Assembly (NCBI RefSeq): GCF_009914755.1
Contig: NC_060925.1
DNA length: 64,000 nucleotides
Source of the DNA: the human T2T-CHM13v2.0 reference genome, Homo sapiens
Strand: one strand, 5' to 3'
Shown here: positions 53,825 to 64,000 of the stretch, piece after piece
How positions within the stretch are numbered: position 1 is the stretch's first letter
Layout of the letters: every line of letters starts with the position of its first letter
The notes under the pieces: model-generated
Told to the model about the DNA's origin: nothing
The model's input: only the letters and a program-made list of their open reading frames with translations
The model's database searches: none
Made by a program: the position numbers and the translations under genes

Positions 53825-54045
53825 TTTAAAATAAGTGAAAGGGTGCCATAAGATTATTTGTAACTCAAAAAACAAATGCTTGAGGGAAGGGATACCCCAA
53901 TCTCTATGATGTGTTTATTTCACATTGCACATCTGTATCAAAATATCTCATGTACCTCATAAATATATACACCTACTACATGCTGACAAAAGTTTAAAAT
54001 TAATAATTTTTTACAGAGAAAAATAAAAGATCCTAAAAATAAAAG
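53825..54045 (+). mobile_element. L1MA1/2-like 3' terminal fragment
   Basis: aaatgcttgagggaagggatacccc...ctgtatcaaaatatctcatgtacctcataaatatatacacctacta. Confidence 0.8.
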
Positions 54046-54089
54046 CAATGTTTTAAAATGTTTGTTCTTGGTTTAAGAAGTAGCATGCT

Positions 54090-54458
54090 TGTATCAGTCC
54101 GTTTTCATACTGCTATGAAGAAATACCTGAGATTGGGTAAGTTATAAAGAAAAAGAGGTTTAATGGACTCACAGTTCCACATGGCTGGGGAGGCGTCACA
54201 ATCATGACAGAAGGTGAAGGAGAAGCAAAGGCACATCTTACATGGCGCCAGGCAAGAGAAGTGCTGAGCAAAAGGGGGGAAAGTCCCTTATAAAACCATC
54301 AGATATTGTGAGAACTCACTATCATGAGAACAGCAGCATGGGGGTAACCACCCACATGATTCAGTTATTTCCCACTGAGTCTCTCCCACAACATGTGGGG
54401 ATTATGGGAGCTATAACTCAAGATGAGATTTGGGTGGGGACACAGCCAAACTATATCA
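54090..54458 (-). mobile_element. THE1C/D-like solo LTR
   Basis: tgtatcagtccgttttcatactgctatgaag...cagccaaactatatca; TSD atgct (54085-54089, 54459-54463). Confidence 0.93.
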
Positions 54459-55114
54459 ATGCTAGACTGAATTTGTATCATTCTACAATTCTACTGACCC
54501 AGAGCAAAATCAGAACACCATCCTGTTATCCAAATGGAAAAAAACCTTTAGCCTTTTGGGACCCTTGGGTCAAGCCTGTGAATTCAGACTCCATCCCTGC
54601 AAAGTGCCTCTACTCGCCAGAGTCCAGCACCCAGGAGGTAATGCAGGTGGTAGGCACACGCCCTCCACAGCATGGGGCCTGAGTCAGCAGCAGGAACCAC
54701 GAGCTCCTACCAAGGACAGAGGTCTGGCCCTGCCCTCTGGGCACTCATTGAAAGAAAGGGCACAGAGGGAACAAGCCGGAGGAGAACCAGAATTCTGGGG
54801 CAAAGGGGTCCCCGTGGGCAGTGGAAGTCAGTGGAGGATTCCTGGGGAGGCAGGCCTCAGAGGGGCTGGAGGGTTGAAGAAAACCTAAATAAAGGTCGGG
54901 ATAGGGTGATGTATTGATTTCTAGTGGCTGCTGTAACCATTTACCACAAACTTGGTGATTTAGAACAACCCAAATGTATCATCTCACTGTTCTGGAAATC
55001 AGAAGTCCCAAATGGGCCCCACAGGACTAAAAACCAAGTTGTCACAGGGCTATGCTCTTTTGGGAAGAACCCATTTTCTTTGTAGTTTATTTTATTTCAG
55101 CCAGGTTTTTTTTT

Positions 55115-55142
55115 AACCATCTACCGACCTAGAATGACTATA
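55115..55142 (+). pseudogene. possible short mitochondrial COX1 fragment fused to the COX3 NUMT
   Basis: cca tct acc gac cta gaa tga cta = PSTDLEWL vs COX1 C-terminal PSMNLEWLY; only about 28 bp. Confidence 0.55.
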
Positions 55143-55143
55143 A

Positions 55144-55272
55144 GTCCTATTTATTATTTCAGAAGTATTCTTCTTCGCTTGATTCTTTTGAGCATTCTAG
55201 CACTCTAGTTTAGCCCCTACTCCAGAATTAGGAGAACGTTGACCCCCAACAGGCATTTCCCCCCTCAACCCA
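55144..55272 (+). pseudogene. MT-CO3: NUMT: mitochondrial cytochrome c oxidase subunit III fragment
   Basis: In the vertebrate mitochondrial code it reads [42 protein letters not shown], colinear without indels with human COX3 [43 protein letters not shown] (recalled). Confidence 0.93.
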
Positions 55273-55530
55273 TTTCCTTGGTTTTTCCATCTTCCAGAGA
55301 CCACCACCTTCCCTGGTTCATGGCCCCTCCTCTATCTGCAAAGCCGGCAATGACCGGTCAAGTCCTTCTCATATTGCATCACTCTGACCTTCTCTCCTGC
55401 CCCACTATTCTCCATTTAAGAACTCTAATGACTGTATTGGGCCCACCTGGATAATCCAGCATCCTCTCCCCAGCTCGGGATCAGCTGATGAACAACCTGA
55501 ATTTTAACTGCAACATCAATTCTTCTTTGC

Positions 55531-56048
55531 TACATTAGCCGGGTTCTCCAAGAGACAGCATGAGTAGGATGTACATAGATACATAAATGATTTAGTATGG
55601 GAGTTGGCCCATGCAATTATGGAGGCTGAGAAGTCTCATGTTATGCCATCTGCAAGCTGGAGAACAGGAAAGCGGGTGGGGTTGTCCAATCTGAGTCTGA
55701 AGAGCTGAGAACCAGGAGGACACTAGTGTAAGTCCCGGAGCATGAAGGCCCAAGAACAAGGATCCCTGATTTCCAAGGGCAATGGAGGATGGACATCCTG
55801 GCCCAAGAAGCGACAACGAGAGAATTTACCCTTCCTCTGCCTTTTTGTGCTATTCAGGCCCGTGACAGATTGGATGACACCTGTTCCCATGGGTGAAGGC
55901 AGATCTTTTTTACTCATTCTACCCATTCAAATGCTTGTCTCTTCCCAAAACACCCTCAGAGACACACCCAGAAATAATGCTCTACCAGCTATCTGGGTAT
56001 CCCTTAACCCAGTCAAGTGGGAGGTGATGCATAAAATTAACCGTCACA
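55531..56048 (-). mobile_element. MLT2 (ERVL) solo LTR
   Basis: attagccgggttctccaagagacag...attatggaggctgagaagtc...ccctcagagacacacccagaaataatg...aaaattaaccgtcaca. Confidence 0.85.
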
Positions 56049-57089
56049 CCATGTAAGGTGATATTATTTACAGGCTCTGGGGATCAGGTCATAGACATAT
56101 GATAGGCATTATTCTGCTAACCACAGGTTGCCAGTAAAGAGGAAGACATCCAGCCCAGGAAGAAGAGGAAGTTGGGCAAAGGAGTGAGGATCTGTTCCAA
56201 CTATTGCTTCTGAGTTGAACTCAATATACACATTCTATAAGTGGGTCTGAGAAATTGTCCAAAGCGAAGAGAATACTATAAAAAGGAGGAAGATCATAAT
56301 CTAGCATCCTAATCAAGAGTGGGCTTCAGAATATATCACTTTACATGTGTACAATTAAAGGTAACAACACTAATAATAAGGACGGACCCTGTGCCAGGCA
56401 CTGTCCCCGCATTTTGCCTGGCCACGGCCAGTGAACCTTTAGGTGATATCAGAGTGGACAGCCACCAGTGGAGGCTTATGATGCCTCCAGAAAGGATAAC
56501 CAAATAAAAAATTTTCCTCGCAAAACTAGACTCAGCCAGCGGACAGAAGCTTGGGAGAGATTGATGGGGATGAAACATTTGCGTTCAACTAATGCGATCG
56601 GATGAAGTTCAATCTTTCCACAAAGGGGTAACAGGGTGTTCAAACAGCCGTACTTGGGCACTGATTTACTGCATTTCATAAAAGCTGGCAAACCATAAAA
56701 GGTGCTATCTGTATTGAATTTCACTTCCATAAAGAGATATAAAACTGATACCTGTCTTTACTGGCACCCAAGATAAAGTGTTGTTAATGCACTAATTTTG
56801 TTTCCTTGAGATTACGAGAGGTTGAATACCGAACAAACATCACCGCATGACCTGCCTTCCTCTCTGGATTCAGAACAAACCCGCTGGTTCCTTCAGATGC
56901 TGGGAGCCATGGGGCAGGGAACTGGTGGTAGCCTCTCTGGGGTGACGGTGAATGCAACACACAGATTTTCACCTAGGTATCATCCTGCATCTAGGCAGGG
57001 GTCTACAGCCCCACCTGCAAAAGGCTCAGGTGCCCCAGGTTCATGAAAGGAAGTCAAGAGACAGTCCTCCCATTTCCCCTCCCCCAATT

Positions 57090-57960
57090 AACAACAGCTG
57101 GCATTTAGGAGAATCTACCTTGTGCAAGCAATTACACTATTCATTTAATCCTCTCAGTGACACAGCAACATAGGGACCCTGATGATTGCCATCTCTGTTT
57201 CATCTAAGGTGAAACCAAGACTCAAACAGATGCAGCTAAGATTTGATCTCAAATTTTTCAGTCTGCTGAATTCAAGTTCTGCTGATAATCCTGACTTGGC
57301 TGAAGGGTGCAGCTGCCTGGCGTAGCACTTCTTAATTACAATGTTTCAATGTGTTTGCTAAGTGATGTTTGCAGAGGAAACGTGTGCCCCTTCTATTCAA
57401 TAAATATGTGTTGCACCCCCACTATGTGTAGCCATGCATCCTTCTAGGTTCTGGGTCAGAATGGCAAATAGGACAGACATTTGCAATCATGAGCCTTTCA
57501 TAGAAAATTATGCCACCTAACATTTGTCTCTCAGTGGGTCCTTTTGCTGTACCCCTTTTACATGGTCGTCAGTTCAGTTCAGTATGCCACTGAATACTTA
57601 TGAAGTGGCATTTGTGAAGCACTTGCCATTGGCCAGGCATTGGCTATGATTAGCATAATGACTCCTGTCTTCATTTTCTGGATCAAGGAAATAGTAAAGT
57701 GGATTTCCTAAGGTCATACAGCCAGTCATACAGCCAGTTAGTGTGGAAGCTAACAACCTCTATGGCTAGGTATCATTTCTCAAGGATGTGCTATGTACTA
57801 CTATGATAGTACTTTACACCTCTGATCCTTTCAATAATCCTTAAGGTAAATGTTACTGACCCATTTTACAGGTGCAGAATTGGACTCTGTGGCATAATGG
57901 GGCGTGCAAGGCCATACAACCAGGGAGTGGCAGAGCCTGGGATGGCATTAAAACACAGCT
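57090..57960 (-). mobile_element. cluster of MIR/L2 fragments
   Basis: tcatttaatcctctcag; ttcaataaatatgtgttgcacccactatgtg; cccattttacaggtgcag. Confidence 0.5.
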
Positions 57961-57989
57961 TGCCTAACTTCTACTTCTACCCTTGATGG

Positions 57990-60140
<2,151 letters not shown>

Positions 60141-60149
60141 TGTTTTCAT

Positions 60150-60810
60150 TTCTTTTTCTTAGCTTTATTGTGGTATGACTTGTATGAAATAAAACCCGTC
60201 CATTTTAAATCTACAATTTGTTGAGTTTTGATGGACGTACATGGTCATGGGAGCACCATGACAATGAAGACACAGAATGCTTCCTTCACCACAGAACATT
60301 CTTTGGGCCCCTGTGTAGTCAACTCACTTGCTCCCAACTGTTGACCTGTGAATACCAGTGACTTGTTTTCTATCACAATTGTTTTGCCTTTTTACAATGC
60401 TGTATAAATAGAATCATATATTAGAAGTCTCTGGGTCTTGCATCTCCCACTTCACATGATGATGTTAAGATTCATCCGTGTTGCTGTGTGTATCACTAGT
60501 CCCTTTGTATTGATGATGAGTGGCATTCCATTATGTGAATGTAGCACAATCTGTTCATCCATTCATGTGTTGAATGATATTTGGGTTTTTTTTCTGGTTT
60601 TGGCAACTGTAAGTAAAGCTGCTATAAATGCTTGCATACAAATCCTAGATATATGTTTTCATTTCTTGTATTAAAACCCAGGAGTACAATAGCTGGATTA
60701 TATAACTATAGCCAAACAGTTATCTGGATAACTGTATTTCAATATCATTTAAAAAACTGTAAAACCATCCTTCAGGTATCTGTATCATTTTGCATTCCCA
60801 CCAACAATTC
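60150..60810 (-). mobile_element. L1MC/ME 3' end
   Basis: agctttattgtggtatga...agattcatccgtgttgctgtgtgtatc...ttttgcattcccaccaacaat. Confidence 0.7.
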
Positions 60811-60819
60811 CAAACCACC

Positions 60820-61580
60820 TGGGGAAAAAAAATGTATATATGACAAAACACTTTTATCTAAAATATATAAAGAACTATTGCAACTTAATAATAAGGAAAA
60901 AATGACCCAATTTAAAAACAGGTGAATGATTTGAACAGTCATTTAGGAAAATAATATTTATAATATTATTGTATATAATATACAATAACATGTATATATA
61001 CATAAAATAGAAGTGTAACTTCATAAACAAATGGACAATAAGCGCAAAAAAAGGTGTGCAACACTGTCAGTCATCAGGGAAATGCAAATTAAACCATAGA
61101 AAGATGCCACAACACATTCACTAGAAAGGTTAAAATTAAAAATACTTAGAATACTAAGTGCTGGTGAAGATGCGGAGTACCTGGTACTCTCATACATTGC
61201 TAGTTGAAGTGTTAAATATTACAGCCACTTTGAAAAACACTATGGAGGTTATCATAAAGTTAAAAATACCCTTATCATTGGGCCTAGCAATTACTTCCCC
61301 TGATGGTTTTCCAAGAGAAACCAACTCCACAGAAATATGTATATACAAATGTTTATAGCAGCATTATTAAAAATATTCTAAAACTTAAAACCACTCAAAG
61401 TCTATAAAAGGAAATAGATAATCAAATTGTGGCATACTCATACGGTGAAATAAATATTACTTAGATGAATCTCAAAAGCATGATGCTAAGCAAAAAAAAA
61501 CCCAGACACACACAGGAAGTCTATATGGTTCTCTTCATGTGAAAGTCTAGAACAGACAAAACTAACCAACAGTGAGAAAT
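60820..61580 (+). mobile_element. L1ME ORF2 end and 3' UTR (appears to resume at 63790-63950)
   Basis: gtcatcagggaaatgcaaattaaaacc...gatgaatctcaaaagcatgatgctaag...gtctagaacagacaaaactaa. Confidence 0.7.
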
Positions 61581-61585
61581 TTTTG

Positions 61586-62053
61586 TGTAAGTATCCATTC
61601 TTTCTAATCAGGTACTGAGGTCTCTCTCTTGAGAGTGGCTATAAAATCTAGCCCTGACCACGAAGGAAGTTAGGTTCAAGTGTGTCAGTCGAGTGACACA
61701 CAGGAGGCAGCACAAAACATGAAATAACAGAAGCATTTTATAACTTACAGACTACGAAGAGAAGAGGGTAGCACACCTGGCAGGGCCAATGGGAAGGGGA
61801 AGCTGTCTGGGACACTCATGCTCAACCAGTGGATGAGGAGCAAGAGAGTCAGAGAGAGACCTGTAATCCAGAGCCTTTACTGAGATTCAGGGCATTACCT
61901 AAGCAGATTTCCCACAGAGAGCTGTAGTTGGTGGGTTTAAAGCAAGCAGATGTGAGTTTCATGGGTCATGCTGTACTGAGAGGGAGTCATTGTAGCATAC
62001 CTGTAAAGTCCCTGTGGGCTTCAGGGAGCAAGAGAGGCAAATCATATGGGTTG
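61586..62053. mobile_element. LTR-like remnant (family not identified)
   Basis: Non-L1 sequence interrupting L1ME, starting with tg, with LTR-like composition. Confidence 0.35.
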
Positions 62054-63671
62054 TGTCTTAGCCCATTCTTGCACTGCTATAAAGAAACACCTGAGACTGG
62101 ATAGTTTATAAGAAAAGAGGTTTAATTGGCTCACAGTTCTACAGGCTGTACAGGAAGTATAGCAGCTTCTGCATCTGGGGGTCCTCAGGAAACTTACAAT
62201 CATGGTGGAAGGTGAAGGGGAAGCAAGTGCCTCTTACATGGCTGGAGTAGGAGAATGGTGGTGGTGGTGGTGGTGGTGGTGGGAGGTGTGGAAGTGCCAC
62301 ATACTTTTAAACAACCAGATCTTATGAGAACTCTATCATGAGAATAGCACAGAGGAGACGGTCCTAAAGCATTGATGAGAATTTCGCCCTCATGATCTAA
62401 TTACCTCCCATCAGTCCCCATCTCCAACACTGGGGACTACAATTTAACATGAGATTTGGGTGAGGACACAGATCTAAACCAAATTATTTCACCCCTGATC
62501 CCTCCAAATCTCGTGTCCTCCTCACATTGCAAAAGTACAATCATGACTTCCCAATAATTCACAGTCTTAACTCATTACAGCATTAACTCAAAAGTCCAAA
62601 GTCCAAAGTCTCATCTCAGACAAGGCAAAAGTCTCTTCACCTATGAGCCTGTAAAATCAAAAACAAGTTTGTTTCTTCCAAGATACAATGAAAGTATAGG
62701 CATTGGGTAAATACTCCTGTGCCAAAAGAAAGATATCAGCCAGAAAGGAGCTACAGGCCCCAATCAATTCTGAAACCCAGCAGGGCAGTAATTAAACCTT
62801 AAAGCTCTAATCTCGTTTGACCCCATGTCTCATATCCAGGCCACATTGATGCAAAGGGTAAGCTCCCAAGGCCTTGGGCACCTCCACCTCTGTGGCTTTG
62901 CAGGATTTAGCCCCTGCAGCTGCCCTCAAGGGCTAGCATTGAGTGCCTACAGCTTTTCCAGGTGCGTGGTGCAAGCTGTTGGTGGCTCTACCATTCTGGG
63001 GTCTGAAGGATGGTGGCCCTCTTCTCCCAGTTCCACTAGGCAGTGCCCCAGTGGGGACTCCGTGTGGGGGCTCCAACCCCACACTTCCCCCTCTGCACTG
63101 CCCTAGTAGAAATTCTCTGTGAAGGCTCTGCCCCTGCAGCAGGCTTCTGCCTGGACATCCAGGTTTTCCATACATCCTCTGAAATCTAGGCAGAGGCTCC
63201 CAAGCCTCATGTCTTGCATTGTGCATGCCTGTAGGCTTAACACCCCATGGAAGCCACCAAGGCTTATGGCTTGCTCCCTCTGAAGCAGTGACCCAAGCTG
63301 TACCTGGGCCTCTGAGCCATGGCTGGTGCTGTAGTGGCTGGGACACAGGGAGCAGAGTCCTGAGGCTGCACAGGATGGCAGGGCCCTAGGCCTGACCCAC
63401 GAAACCAATCTGCCCTCCCACACCTCCAGGACTGTGATGGCGGTGGCGGTGGCTGCTGCAAAGGTTTCTGAAATGCCTTTGAGACCTTTTCCCCACTGTC
63501 TTGGCTATTAGCACTTGGCTCCATTTTACTTATGCAAATTTCTGCAGCCTGCTTCGATTCTTACCTTGGAAATGGGGTTTTCTTTTCCACCACATGGGTG
63601 GGCTGCAAATTTTTCAAACTTTTACACTCTGCTTCCCCTTTAAATATAAATTTCAGGTTCTGGTCATTTCT
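62054..63671 (-). mobile_element. MSTA-type MaLR: LTR 62054-62486 plus truncated internal region
   Basis: tgtcttagcccattcttgcactgctataaagaaacacctgagactgg; internal region homologous to 29612-31218; (GGT)n near 62256-62282. Confidence 0.9.
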
Positions 63672-63788
63672 TGAACCCGGGACGCAGAGGTTGCTGTGAG
63701 CCGAGATCACGCCACTGCACTCCAGCCTGGGCGACAGAGTGAGACTCCACCTCAAAAAAAAAAAGAAAGAAAGAAAGAAAGAAAGAAA
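63670..63788 (+). mobile_element. Alu right-arm 3' fragment with A/(GAAA)n tail
   Basis: cttgaacccgggacgcagaggttgctgtgagccgagatcacgccactgcactccagcctgggcgacagag. Confidence 0.92.
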
Positions 63789-63789
63789 G

Positions 63790-63950
63790 GCATAATAGAA
63801 TTTTGGGGGGATGATGGAAATGTTCTAAACTTAATTGTGGTAGTTACATAATATATACATTTATTTTAAAAACTTCGTCAAACTATACACTTAAATTTAG
63901 TGCATTTTCTTGCATATAAATGAATTCTTAATAAAGATGATTTTTAAAAA
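63790..63950 (+). mobile_element. L1ME 3' terminus
   Basis: ggggatgatggaaatgttcta...aaactatacacttaaa...gtgcattt...aataaag. Confidence 0.7.
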
Positions 63951-64000
63951 ACAACTCAGTTTGCCCAGTTCCTAGGCCCCTTCTGCATCCAGCGGCCCAC

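Larger units (their letters stand above)
54910..56125 (-). mobile_element. MLT1D-like LTR split by a NUMT and an MLT2 LTR
   Basis: ggctgctgtaaccatttaccacaaacttggtg...gggcccacctggataatccag...attattctgctaaccaca. Confidence 0.8.

Noticed and set aside
54181-54193. PRDM9 hotspot motif in the THE1 LTR
   Set aside because: Reads CCTCCCCAGCCAT on the minus strand, mismatching CCNCCNTNNCCNC at two fixed positions

Overview
Human/primate non-coding genomic DNA. I found no protein-coding gene, rRNA, tRNA or CRISPR array; the ORFs I examined trace to repeats or chance frames. The left ~29 kb is GC-rich, largely unique sequence with scattered MIR, L2, LTR and Alu elements, three co-oriented CTCF-like motifs and several AT-rich, homeodomain/forkhead-motif-dense islands that look like enhancers. 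The right ~35 kb is a dense nest of L1, MaLR, ERV1 LTR, Tigger2 and Alu elements. Most notable observations: (1) a ~600-bp inverted duplication (23636-24505 vs 25310-25923) around an 804-bp spacer, where one arm reveals an Alu insertion that deleted about 30 bp of target; (2) a small, apparently chimeric mitochondrial insertion (COX1-like plus COX3) inside an MLT1 LTR, bracketed by a duplicated target; (3) a 5'-inverted L1 with a primer-homology signature; (4) an ancient LTR-internal-LTR MLT1 provirus; (5) a near full-length Tigger2; (6) a deletion junction fusing MST internal sequence to half an Alu. I cannot support a new biological system from sequence alone. Repeat subfamily names come from recalled consensus sequences and need RepeatMasker/Dfam confirmation; boundaries of old repeats are approximate.
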